A DNA stretch of 62,790 nt, counting the filler, from Choristocarpus tenellus KU-1152 (lineage: Eukaryota > Protista > Phaeophyceae), in NCBI GenBank assembly GCA_964200185.2. It is 11 parts of 11 records of this genome, joined end to end, with 100 filler letters (N's around TTAATTAATTAA, not from the genome) between each part and the next. Parts side by side here need not be neighbours in the genome. Positions count along the whole stretch, not along the records: positions 1 to 10,550 come from CAXNAD020002863.1; positions 10,651 to 14,124 come from CAXNAD020019788.1; 9 more parts are not named here. One strand, given 5' to 3'. The position numbers and the translations under genes are program-made. The notes under the pieces were generated by a model that was not told where the DNA came from, searched no databases, and was given only the letters and a program-made list of their open reading frames with translations. Positions within the stretch are counted from its first letter, which is position 1; every line of letters begins with the position of its first letter. Of this stretch, positions 1-11,046 are shown piece after piece.

Positions 1-103
1 GGGGTGGGTGGTTTGTGAGGGGGCATCCGTTTCGACCCGTTTCGACCCGTTTCGACCCAGACGCCCTCTCACAAACCACCACCCCCCCAAGATACTTTGA
101 CCC
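1..103. mobile_element. MITE family C (short hairpin element), left end cut by window edge
   Basis: Arms GGTGGTTTGTGAGGGGGCATC / GACGCCCTCTCACAAACCACC form an imperfect inverted repeat around a triple CCGTTTCGAC; ends in CCCCCCCAAGATACTTTGACCC, the reverse complement of GGGTCAAAGTATCTTGGGG seen at 14040 (similar start at 31857). Confidence 0.7.
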
Positions 104-272
104 AGTCACCGTCCTTTTATGATGTAGTTCAGATAAAATGACTTTTGGACCTACGCTTGGCGCTTGAGTGGGTGTAGACTATATTATTATGGCTCAGGAA
201 AGTTGCAATTGGGTTAAAAATTTGGAGCCGGGGTTGTTGCTGCCGCTTGGTTTGGGTGCGGAAGATTTTTCA

Positions 273-533
273 GAGCCAAAGTATCTTAGAGGGTAGGGCC
301 GCATCCATTTGGGGCCAAAATCCAATATTGCGATTTGGATGTAATTTTGGCTATCGTGTTTGTTAGGAAGTGTCAGTATCCTTGTTCCGGACACACCTTT
401 TCGTAACGTGTACATTTTACCCACTCCAAAACATTTTGGGGTAGTAGGAAAGTGTCATAAGAGAACCCATGGGAAGCCAAGCCGCAAATGGGCAAACAGG
501 GCAAAACTCGTACCCTTTAAGATACTTTCACTC
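273..533 (+). mobile_element. MITE family A (~260 bp), full copy
   Basis: TIRs GAGCCAAAGTATCTTAGAGGGTA...TACCCTTTAAGATACTTTCACTC; interior matches about a dozen other copies in the window; flanked by TCA/TCA. Confidence 0.9.
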
Positions 534-1699
534 TCATGTGTTGTGAAAATCTCGACTTGTGCTGAAAATGGTGGTATAGAGTACGAGATGCTTGTGCATC
601 AACGTAGTTTTAGTAAGGTTTCTGTCAATTGATCTGTTGTCCGATCAAAGCAAAGAGGGGAGGGAAAATGATTGGGGCATGGCAGTAAAATCATTAGAGG
701 ACAGTGGCAGAACGAACTAATGGAGACGAAATTTGGGTCGCCATCGGGCCAATAAAAACATGTGTATGAGGACACATAAGCACCAACTCCTCGGGAGGAT
801 AATAAATTCAATGTACCAAGTATGCATAAGTTCGTTGGTTTAGAGAACGTCCTATCTCTCCATCATAACATGTCTGTCGAGGCATGTGTCCGATTGGTGA
901 CGTAGAGGGTGACTCACGAACAGGACTTGGCCTAGGTTGCTCCTCAAAGCCGTGTCTCTCGTCAGTATGGTGGCAGTGTAGGACTTGTCCAGAACCAGGC
1001 CCGTGTAGGAACGTCTTGGTCAATACTATAGTGTTGGACAAGAAGCTGGATATTTCGCAATTCGCCATTCTCTTATTTAACCTCGTAGGGGTAGCTATAC
1101 CATTGTAATCCGATGGCTGCGTTCGCACAATGCATATGTTCCCCTCAGCGAGCTGTCTCTTCTTCCTCGACAGCTGACTTCTCTGATACATATCACCCGT
1201 TCCTGCTTCCATGGAAAATCCGAGGTCTATCTCCTTAAGCGGGGACACGTGGGTTAGTTGCCACCTGCGTTGGGCCAGGTTGCCGGTGGAACAGTTCGTG
1301 CAGTAGCATGACAGTTCGGTGTATATCAATGTACGGGAGTCTCTGGTGATGAGCCGAACAGTGGAGAACCTGTGCATGGACTTGATTCCACCGAGGTTTG
1401 AGACATATGGGTCGTGTCGTCCCGCACAGTTGATCTTGTAAGACGGAAGGTGGACTATCTCCTGTGTGTGGAATGTGTCGATGTATAGAAGTTTTCTATA
1501 CGTGTTACTGTGCTGTCTGCTGTCCCTGGAGGCCCAATCCTAAGGGTTGTGGTGATTATGCGTATAAGGGGAGGGGTGGTACTTGTTGGAGTCAGTGTTG
1601 GCGCTGAGGCAGTGTGCGTGACCGATTCGATGTGATGGCATTTTCTTTGGAGTGATACGTGCTACCTACTCCTGTAACAAGTGTTTGGTAAATGACAGA

Positions 1700-2630
1700 T
1701 GTCAATATGTGATGAAACCCAAAACTTGGAGTTTTGGGTTAGTTTACCGATTGTAGACTTCTGAAAAATAGAGGGCGATGATTGCAAGTGTGCACGGACT
1801 GTGTGCGGTGAATTAAGAAGAGCGTATGTGCGATTATCATGTGATTCGTGGTGGCGACATGAAGGGAAGGCACGGATATGACGTAACGGGTCAACGAAAT
1901 CTATTGCCTTTTTACTGTATGGGTTAGCAAGTGGCGGGAGGATGCAGACTGTTGCGAGTTGCAAACAGGGATCAATTATTGTGAGTGGGGAAAATCATGC
2001 ATGTGGTACATGTGCTATCTATTCCTGCAGCAAGCGATGGGTACATGGCCGACATTGTTACTTGAAAGAAAACAATAACTCGGAGGTTTGGGTTAGTTTA
2101 CCGATTGGCAGACTTATTCTAAATCAAGGGCGATGGTTGCAAGTGTGCACGGACGGTGTGCAGTTGATTGAATAAATGCATATGTGCGATTATCGTGTGA
2201 TTTGTGTCGACGTGAAGGGAAGGCACGGATGTGACATAATGGATCAACGATATCTATTGTGTGTTTAGTGTATGGGTTATCAAGGGGCGGGAGGGTGCAG
2301 ACGGTTGCGAGTGGCAAAAAGGGATCAAATTATTGTGGGTGGGGAGAATCATGCATGTAGTATGCGTATGATCTATTTCTGCAACAAGCGATGGGTACAT
2401 GGTCGACCTTTACGGGAAAGAAAACAAGAACTTGGAGCTTGCGCGAGTTTATCGATTGGCAGACTTGTATAAAATAGGCGGCGATAGTTAAAAGTGTGCA
2501 CAGACTATCTTTGCAGTCATCTGTAAGTGCATATGTGTTATCTTGACGCTGCGCGTCGTGTCGGTGTGAAGGGAGTGATGAATGTGACACGAGTTTGAAC
2601 GGTGTATATTGCGTGTTTGTTGCATAGGTG
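1700..2630. repeat. Tandem repeat, ~353-bp unit, ~2.6 copies, inside the transposase gene
   Basis: AACT(T/C)GGAG...AGTTTA(C/T)CGATTG..AGACTT recurs at 1723, 2077 and 2429 (spacing 354, 352). Confidence 0.85.
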
Positions 2631-5144
2631 GGCAAGGGGTGTACGTATTGGGGTTGTCATCAGTGGAAAAAAGAGGCCGAACTTTGTGAGTGGGGGGGGT
2701 CGTCATGTGGAGTGTGCTTACCTTTGTGACGATTGTCTGTCCGGGAGGAACCTTAAGACCTTTGCGGGGTAGCGCCACTCTTCCTCTGGTGTCGGATCCC
2801 TCAAGGTATACTGAGTTTTGGTTGCCTTGGTTGTATCCACTAGGGATGAGGTTCCTGGTTCCTGGCATGCGCATCCCATGTAGTTCCAGTCTCCTGGCAG
2901 TAGACTTCATCACAGCCCCAACTCCATCAGAAAAGGACTTGCCGTGACAGGAGGCAAAGAAGTTGTGTACTACGGAAATTCCCATCCGCGCTAAAGACTG
3001 AGTAACCCATCACATCTGCCATCTGTTCTTTAACTGACTCCCACAGCCATCGGACTAGATGTGAAGGACCTCTAGGGTCTATCCGTATTCACTGCCTAGA
3101 GGTATTAGGTGATCTTTCACAAGCATCTCCACGGCGTTCTGGACGAACTCGTTGTCTTGGCTTCGATCTTCACTACACACCGTCATGCGGTGAGCCCAAA
3201 CTCTTCCCTTCCCAAGATTTTCCTCTTCTCTGAGATCCCTCAACCACCGGACAATGGTCAGAAGCTCCGAATGGAATAGATTGAAGAACTCGTGTTGTGT
3301 CAAGTCTTGGTGGTTTTGTTGAAGGTGGACGCTGGAGTCCATGGACATGGCGGCGTGTCCTTTGGGGAGGCGGGATTTGTAGTGATTGTATTGTTGCGCC
3401 TGCCAAATGGTGGTGTTGTGATGAAGGAAGAAGCTCTTGTCGAAGTTTGCAAATATGACTTTTAGGAGTGTAGGGAATCCCTCCATCCTTGGGAAGAGCA
3501 CCTGTATTGAATGGGCCAGGTGGTCGCGTTTCAAGCGTTGGTGCTGGTGATATGTCGTGGTGATTCAGGCTCTGTTGTAGTGTATTCGATACTGTTCGGT
3601 GCTATGGGAGGGAGTATCTGCTCGTTGTTTTACGAATACGCCGTGACACATTCGATGTACACTGTAATTTTACTCGAAGTAGACTGCCGCTTACCGTTCG
3701 CCTCCGGCTGTGCTTGTCCATAGACTCTGTTGCGTCTTCGTCGTTGTTCTCCTTGGTCCTGTTCCTCCTGAAGTCTGGGGCGGACCCTACCACCATGCAC
3801 TTAGCGATAATCAAATCGTCGGTCGTGAGATTGTCTACCCTCGGCTCTGCATATTTTTCCTTGATCATCTGGATAATGTCATCTTTGGTGGTCCTGCTGG
3901 GGGTGGCGACGCCAAGTTTACAGGACAGCACCTGCGTGGTAGTGTAGACGGACATAGAGATTTATTTCAGCATGGGTGTGTGGTCTGGATGTGAAGATAG
4001 GGATATGGTCGATTGTTAGGGTAGGTTGCTGTATCGGTCCTGGTACCGGCATGAGGGTGGAACCGGACAGGTTCGTCTTCCAAATCTAATTAATTGGTTG
4101 TGTGTTTGCAAAAGGCACACCTTTCTCTCCTGGCAAGTCTTTCGTTGTAGGTCCGCCTCCACTACCGTGGTCTGTGCGTGGACGAACTCGTTCCGTGTGA
4201 CATGGGTGCTGTGAGGGTCCACATTTCCACATCGGATGAGATTTCCAGTCACCCCTGTCACATGTACCGTCTACACAAGAATGTTTGAAACTGCCCAAGG
4301 AACCGCCAGAGGACGGTTCGCTGAGGGGCTCCAGCATGGTCCTCTCGCATCTGTTTTGTTTTGATTTGTCCAAAAGTGGTTTTTTGTGTCAGTTTAGAGC
4401 TCTGAGTAGCGAATCGCACGTCATTAGTGAAGTCCGGCTGTCGCTGCCACATATTTAGAGGACGTAGTGAAGTGGTTTGAGGGCGAGTACGTTGGTATGT
4501 ATCTATGGTGGGTTGATTATTTTGGTTGTTGCTCCAGCTCGTCGTGCTGACACATTTGCCACATCGTGGGTGTGGTTTGGCATAGAAACCTACAGGAGGA
4601 AGGCCATGAAATGAGCACCACTTTCGAGTGCGGCCTCCACGTTTTCAGAGCTGCATCCTTTGTCTTTGTCACAGAATGCGCATGTGCATGCACAAGCCTG
4701 TTGTCCATCGTCGCCAAAGATCATCCTCGTATGTACTTTCTTCCAGTTCTCTCTTAGGCACTGAACCTGAAGGCCAGTGGTCATGTGGTGAATGCAAACG
4801 CACGATCTGTATCGTGTGGAAGAGTGGAGGGAGGGATACGGTGGGTTAGCACCCCCTTTGTGTGGAGACGGATGATGCAGTATGTGACTGGGTACCCTGT
4901 GGCGGTTAGGAAAAATAGACTTACCCAAACATCGCTGTAGCGTGTGTCCCAAAAATCGAAAGATTATTTCCGCACACACCTTGGCATGGCCTTTGTAATG
5001 TAGAACGGTCTCCACTTCACGAATGTTGACAGACAGGGTATTGGTCCTGACGTCCCCTCCTGTTCGAATCTCTCCCTGAAGTTGGCATAGACATCCTCAT
5101 ATGTCCCAATCTGTGTCCTGTTGTCACGTCAGTTGCACCTTGTA

Positions 5145-5167
5145 TACCCTCTAAGATACTTTGACTC
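5145..5167. mobile_element. Solo family-A terminal inverted repeat
   Basis: TACCCTCTAAGATACTTTGACTC with no adjacent MITE body. Confidence 0.75.
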
Positions 5168-5503
5168 ATACTTTAGTTAATAGGTAGTGTTCTGTTGAAG
5201 TTTTCTTGGTCGAGGATAAACATGCTATAATAATCAATCCATAGAGTGTCAAGGGTGGATATACGGAATACTTGTAAAGATGACAGTCGCTAGTGTGGAG
5301 TACCTCTGAGCGCGCTGTTGGCACAGTGCATCCGGAGGGCAAACTCTCTTGTTCGTATGCAGGTCCAAGTTGTGCATGCCCTAAGTGGAATAATGAGATG
5401 TGACTGGATCGTGGGGGATGGCGGTGCTGTTGCTCTTCCATACAATGATGCCAAGAACATGTGTATCAGGATGCTACACACCGAACTGCTGCGAGGAGCT
5501 GTC

Positions 5504-5761
5504 GAGTGAAAGTATCTTAGAGGGTACGAGTTTTGCTCTGTTAGTTCATTTGGGACTTGGCTTCCCATGTTCTTTTTTATGAAATTTTCCTACTCTAAAA
5601 TGTTGAGGAGTAGATAAAATGTATGCGACATGAAAAGGTGTGTCTGGAACAAGGATATTGACATTTCCTAACAAACAGGATAGCCAAAAATACATCAAAT
5701 CGCAATGTTGGATTGTGGCCCCCAAATCGACGTGACCCTACCCTCAAAGATACTTTGGCTC
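5504..5761 (-). mobile_element. MITE family A, full copy with perfect 4-bp TSD (TGTC), inside the transposase region
   Basis: TGTC|GAGTGAAAGTATCTTAGAGGGTAC...TACCCTCAAAGATACTTTGGCTC|TGTC. Confidence 0.92.
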
Positions 5762-7239
5762 TGTCCCTTCCCTCGTCGTATACCCTTGGTCTTCCGTTTT
5801 GTCTGAGGTAACAATGGAAGATGTGAGGGGGGTGTCAGTTGCGCACCATGATATAAGGGATCATCTAACGATGGGAGATATGGGGTGTGTGTCGGTTGTG
5901 CAGCAGAATATGAGAGATCATCTGGGCATCCCTGTTAGTGATGAAATTGTTTTTTCGACATACAGTGCATGTGTTCGCCCGGGGGGCAAGTTTTGTGTGT
6001 GTCATACCGTTGATGGTTACGGGAAACGAACTTCCATACCTGTGGGCGGTGCCTTGAGTAAAGTTGTGAGCAGCGTGTGTGTCGGAGCTGGGAGACAAGC
6101 TACCAGCGTCATCTGCAGCCGATACGGAGGGGCTCGCCTGTCGCCGCATGTCTCGCATGAATTCCGTGCGTTTTTTGGCGGATGACAACCTTAGTGTGTC
6201 GACGTTGATGTCGTATTTTTTTGCTGTGGCGGACAGATGGGGTTGAAACGTTGATGTCACCCAGTCATCGCCTATTTCGACATCAGGAGCGATGCCGACG
6301 AGGATGGATTTGTATACCTGGCGGGTATGCTCGGTGCTAAGATCTTTCTTTACACATTCGAGGAATGTCTTGAACTGGAGATCAGGCGTGGATTTGTGTT
6401 GTTCCCGAGTCAACACAACTCGAAGCGCGCTTGCCAATGGTGAAAATCTGCTTTTCTCATCCAACAACCAAGAGGCAAGGTCGTTCTAAGTGCGGCCGCT
6501 TCCTACCATCTCTTCTAGACCATCGTGGTTGACAAACATGGAGAGGAAGAGGTCCATTATCTGGCCCGTTTTGGATTTCTTCCACGAACGGGCGGTACTG
6601 GTCTTGGGCAGTCTCTTTAGTCCCCGTTTCCTGAGTGGCATCCAAATGAGGTCACATTATGAGTTGGGTGGGTTTGTTTCGACAGAGTGATCGATCCTCA
6701 TGATGCGAACATAGGTAATACTGCACCTTTCTTCGGGGGAAAGTGCTTGCACAATGTTTGGTCTTGAATTGTTCCACGGAAAACGGCCGTGTTGGATGAC
6801 ACCCCACTTTGAAAGCATGGAGAAGGGTGTGTTTGGTGCATCGACAACCGAAACTGCCCCGATTAGACTCTTCCGAAAAGGTGTGCATCGCAAATGCGGT
6901 CAATCGCGAGCCACACATCTAAAAGGTTATGAAGAAGTACGATGAAGCATGTAGGACGAAGTGAATGGGGTGGTTTGTCGAACGGTAGAAGGTGTGTTTT
7001 GATCTGAATTTGCCTTGGGAAACGGTTGACAGGTGCATGGTGGGTGGAAGGGATTAACATGTTCTGTCGAACGGTAAACTAATGTGTACGATGGATTTTG
7101 TGGTGGAAGGGATACTGAACATTACATGTGATGTCTGTCAACACATAGCCCCACATGCACATACCATCGTATGCGCCCCTTTCTCTATGGGGGATATGAG
7201 ATCGCGATTGAGTTTTGTCGCAAGTTGAGGACGATGGTT

Positions 7240-7515
7240 TGGAGGTGTGCGGCTGCAAAGAGGTTAGTATGTGCACAGCCGCAACTATTGCCGGACTTTG
7301 TCGTACGGTAAAGTATGTGGAAATTTACTTGAGGCGTGTGTGGCTTGAAAAAGTTGGTATGTAGACCGCCGAAACTTTCGCCACACTTTGCTGTAGGACA
7401 ACGTACGGCAAAAATGACATGATGCGTGTGGCTTGAAATAAGTTGGTATGTGGACAGCCGCAATATTTGCCATACTTTGTCGAACGGTAAAGTATGGCAA
7501 AAATCACATGAGGTG
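7240..7515. repeat. ~89-bp tandem repeats upstream of the transposase (probable subterminal array)
   Basis: Unit ACTTTG...GTGTGGCTTGAAA.AAGTTGGTATGT.GAC.GCCG starts at ~7295, ~7385, ~7473; shorter TGTCGAACGGTA motifs at ~6976 and ~7065. Confidence 0.75.
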
Positions 7516-7606
7516 AGCAGATGAAGGAAGGGCAAAACATGACTCGGTATAATTTCGTCAACGTGTAAGGGTGAGAGAGGGTGTCAGGGATAGGGTATAG
7601 AGTTAG

Positions 7607-7787
7607 ATTCAAAGTATCATAGAGGGTACGAGTTTTCCCCTGTTTGTCCATTTGGGGCTTGCCTTTCCACGGGTTTTTGATGACATTTTCCCTACTCCAA
7701 AATGTTTCGGAGTAGGTAAAATATATACATTATGAAAAAGTGTGTCCGGAACAAGGATATTGACATCTCCAAACAAACATGGTAGCT
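7607..7787 (-). mobile_element. MITE family A, truncated at the non-LTR retroelement
   Basis: GATTCAAAGTATCATAGAGGGTACGAGTTTT start; homology stops after CAAACATGGTAGC. Confidence 0.85.
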
Positions 7788-7789
7788 AG

Positions 7790-9600
7790 GATATGTACCT
7801 GGCATCATGGGCAGCTAGGATATGTACCTCTGGGGCAGGTGCAGGGGGTGTTGTTCCCCCCCAGGTTACCCATTCTTGGCCAATGATTTCCGCAAGGTCT
7901 TCTGGGGGGACACCTGTGGCTAGGAGGGAGTGAATGGATGTTTCTAAGGCCTGAATGGTGGGGCTCGTGCAGATAACTTGCGAGAGAGACTCATCATGAG
8001 GCCCTTGCTGCCTTGAGAGGAGGGTGGGGAGAGTAGCTACCACTGATCCTACGAAATCCACATGTTGGTGGTGATTCATAGAGGAGAGGTCCAGACCCCA
8101 CGCACTTGTAGGCATCTGTGCCTGTACTTGTTGATGGGTCTGGGTCTCTAGGTGAAGAGACCCATTGTTACACCCTCCCTCGAAGAAATCCGCCGCCTCT
8201 GTCGAGTCGGCAACCTCCATTATCCTCTCTAGTGTTCATAATGAGTTGTTTTCTACTTTCGCCATGGTGGAGCGTGCCCGGAGGGGGGGAGTGACCCTCA
8301 CTAGGTAGCCTAGTCGGGAGGAGAGGGACAAGGAGTTGAGGAGTCAGGCCATCTGCTTGTCCTCCATCTCGCTGAGGTGTGTGGCCAAAGCTCGTGCCCC
8401 AGAGCTCTCGATCACCTCCACCATGTGAGCTTGAATAAAACCATCTGTTCCCACTGGAGCCCCTAGAGTGAAAAAACCATTGGTGTTCGGGGCTAGGTTC
8501 ATTCCCGCTGTAGAGAGAAGCTCCAGTTCCGAGGGCATGGGTTGTTGGCCCTGGGGAGGTGTGGCAAAGGTCTTGTCCATGTTTAGGTCAATGCCTACCT
8601 CATGAAGGTTAGTTTTTAACTACTTGAAAGCAGCTATGGTGGTAGGGTTGATCTCCCTTGCAGATACGGACGTGTCATTCAGATACCTCCGAGAGGAAAT
8701 CCCTTGGGGTCCAAAAACCGATTGGACCTGTTGCAAGGCCTTTTGTGTTGCCATGAAATATAAGAGGGGGCCCAGTGGGTTGCCCTGTTGGGCCCCAGAT
8801 CTCGATGGTAGAATCTTTGTCCTCCCTCATCTAGGGGGAAAAGAAGATTTCTGGTGTTCCCATATATCTTAGAAACATAAGGTAGGAGTCCTGGTAGGGT
8901 CTCTGGGAGGGCCTGAATGGAAGCTGGGCGACGTACGCTGTTGAAAGCATTCCTTCCGTCCAAACTGATGACCCATTCTCCGCACTCATTCCTTAGGCGG
9001 ATATCCAGGAGTGCACGTTCTATGCCATTTGGGACTCCGACGCCAAATTGTCCTACTCCCCCGAAACATTCCTCTAGGTAGGGGCGCCAGTCTGTTCAGA
9101 AAGCTGAAGCACATGCCCTCCCGAAAAAAAGACCCGCAGGCGGCCGGGCGACACTTCTCCCCAATCGCGGACAGTCTGCATTTATATTTTGCTATATATT
9201 TTATCATTATGCTCTCTTATCCATTTTGTATTTATGGAGTTGTGTAGTATGTCTCACATCTTTCCCATTTTCCTCCCATTAGGTCACTTTTTGGTCGTCC
9301 TTGAATGTAAATATGACTTCAAGGCTGATCAGAAAGCGGGGTGAGGAAAGGAGGGTGATGTGGAAAGGACATTTGTCTGTTATTTTTCCACAATATTGCC
9401 ATATACCGTTATATCGATTGAGGTTCCTTGTCAAGAATCCCTGATTCCAGTGGAGGATGAGGATCTTTCTTGAGCATGAATCCATGGAATCTCTTCAAGA
9501 TACCAGTTCCACAGATATACCACTCGTCTTTATTCAGACTTGTCATGTTACAGGCAAATAGCGTGAGTATTTCTTCCCGTGCTTTAACCGGCGCGAGCAG
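7790..9600 (-). mobile_element. Degenerate non-LTR retrotransposon reverse transcriptase (CRE-like early-branching type)
   Basis: Frameshifted motifs QFGVGVPNGIE, LDGRNAFNSVRR, GAQQGNPLGPLLY, YLND (YLDD), DLNMDKT, LGAPVGTDGFI. Confidence 0.8.
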
Positions 9601-9899
9601 TATACGCGCGTGGGGAACNNNNNNNNNNGGAACTCCGATTTACCAAAAAGTTGCAGAAAAAAGTCTGTAACTCGGGTAGTTGCAAAGAGTCCCAGATGGA
9701 AAGGTCGGAAAGGTTCTCAAATATATTCCAATGTTTGTAAACCATAGAAGCCCCAACGGCTCCAAACGGCTCAGTTCTTCTGACCTATAGAGCCCTGCCT
9801 ATTCAGTTCTCTCTTAACTGATACCATTATACACATTTTGCTTGTGCTACTTGATTCATCTGAGAGTACTACTGTTCTGCTGAGCTGACGTGCGTTGGT

Positions 9900-10550
9900 A
9901 TGTGAATTGGATTTGACTTGTACATCCTGTGGAGGTGAGCATCGAGGGGCGCCTGTAACAGTCAAACATGAAAGATTAATTTCTTTCTCACATTGACATT
10001 TTTGATACATAATCTCTACCAAGATCCTCAGTCTGTTACCCACTACAGTTTTGTAGTCTTGTACTTGTCCGCCCTTAACCTCATCCTGTCGATTACAGTT
10101 CGTGTTGGTCTGTCTGATTTGTCTTGCCTGGTGATTCTCTTCACCACCCTTGCCTGAGTGAACCACTCCGCCACAGAATCACACGATTTGTATGTCTCGC
10201 CTTTACTCGACACCATCAACCCACCCACCCAGGGCCGTCTACTTCGACAGATCTAGCCAACCCATCCTCACTCTGTCTTTTTTTGGTCCTGGTGTGCTCT
10301 ACCTCGAAATCCTTCCCCCCCAGTGCCCTTAAATCATTATTGTACCTCTTGAACAGACTATGAAACACCCTCTGTGTGGAGCATGCTTGAAACCCCCTCT
10401 ACAAGTTCGTAAACGGTCCAGTAATGCTTCATCCAAAACCTGCTCTTCTAAGATGCAAAACCTCCAAATCATTGAAGTGAGATCCGGTGAGACTGCTGGC
10501 TTTGTCGCGAGCTTAATTCTCCATCCCCCCTCTATCCCTCCTAGTACAGG
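9900..10550 (-). mobile_element. Repeat fragment, probably LTR-retrotransposon derived
   Basis: 10070-10190 resembles 49745-49865 (next to Gypsy pol); 9907-9960 resembles 14225-14278 (ending GAGGGGCGCCTGTAACA). Confidence 0.5.
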
Positions 10551-10650
10551 NNNNNNNNNNNNNNNNNNNNNNNNNNNNNNNNNNNNNNNNNNNNTTAATT
10601 AATTAANNNNNNNNNNNNNNNNNNNNNNNNNNNNNNNNNNNNNNNNNNNN
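10551..10650. other. Artificial contig spacer; the same spacer is at 14125-14224, 21092-21191, 29284-29383, 31951-32050, 34626-34725, 42563-42662, 49602-49701, 56577-56676 and 60186-60285
   Basis: Identical 100-bp 44N-TTAATTAATTAA-44N structure, with stops in all six frames. Confidence 0.97.
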
Positions 10651-11046
10651 TGGGTAGATGTTTTTGGTCCCCCCTGTTCTCAATATTGTGTGCTTGGTGC
10701 CGGAGGACCTCCCTTGCCAGCTAAAGAAGTTGGGGGGGGGGGGGATATTGTTTGAGAGATTCAAGAGTAATTATGCAAATTTCTGGAGAGAAGCATGCAG
10801 TCTTTTTTTTTATTGACAAACTACCCTGCTGTACGTATTTTTTTTTTTTTGTGTGTGAAATTTCTTTTTGTGGAGAGGGGGGGGGGAAAAAGGGATAGAA
10901 ACACTTTGAAAGTTTATTGTTTTCAATCCTTTCCGAGAGGTGGTGTCTTAAAGTATCAATGATAGTTGTTTTTTTTCCGGAAGCACTTGTAGAGTTGATA
11001 TACTACAGTACAGTCAACGGTGCTTTTTTTTTGTGATCTGTTGCAG

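Larger units (their letters stand above)
808..6918 (-). pseudogene. Sola2-type DDD transposase, intron-containing, degraded by stops, frameshifts and MITE insertions
   Basis: Motifs in the expected order: LSTFVKWRPFYI (~5040-5000), intron ~4808-4980, SCVCIHH, CVDGTCD, HHNTTIWQAQQYNHYKSRLPKGHAAMSMD, SEDRSQDNEFV, I*SDGCGSQLKN (~3060-3025), HNFFASCHGKSFSDGVGAVMK (ORF 2488..2985), then MHRF...ELSCYCTNC (ORF 808..1377). ORFs 5865..6467 and 6652..6918 probably encode the N-terminus (less certain). Confidence 0.8.

Noticed and set aside
194-632. ORFs such as MLGSVSILVPD... recurring at many loci as a small protein family
   Set aside because: They are chance translations of MITE family A, with frames broken differently in each copy
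273-5167. Single autonomous element bounded by TIRs at 273 and 5167
   Set aside because: 273-533 is a self-contained MITE, the flanks TTCA / ATAC are not a TSD, and transposase-like sequence continues beyond 5167
1700-7520. 353-bp and 89-bp arrays as CRISPR-like or guide arrays
   Set aside because: Whole units are homologous, with no constant repeat and unique spacer pattern and no cas-like gene
10595-10606. Recurring TTAATTAATTAA palindrome as a biological motif
   Set aside because: Always centred in 44+44 N; an artificial six-frame-stop linker
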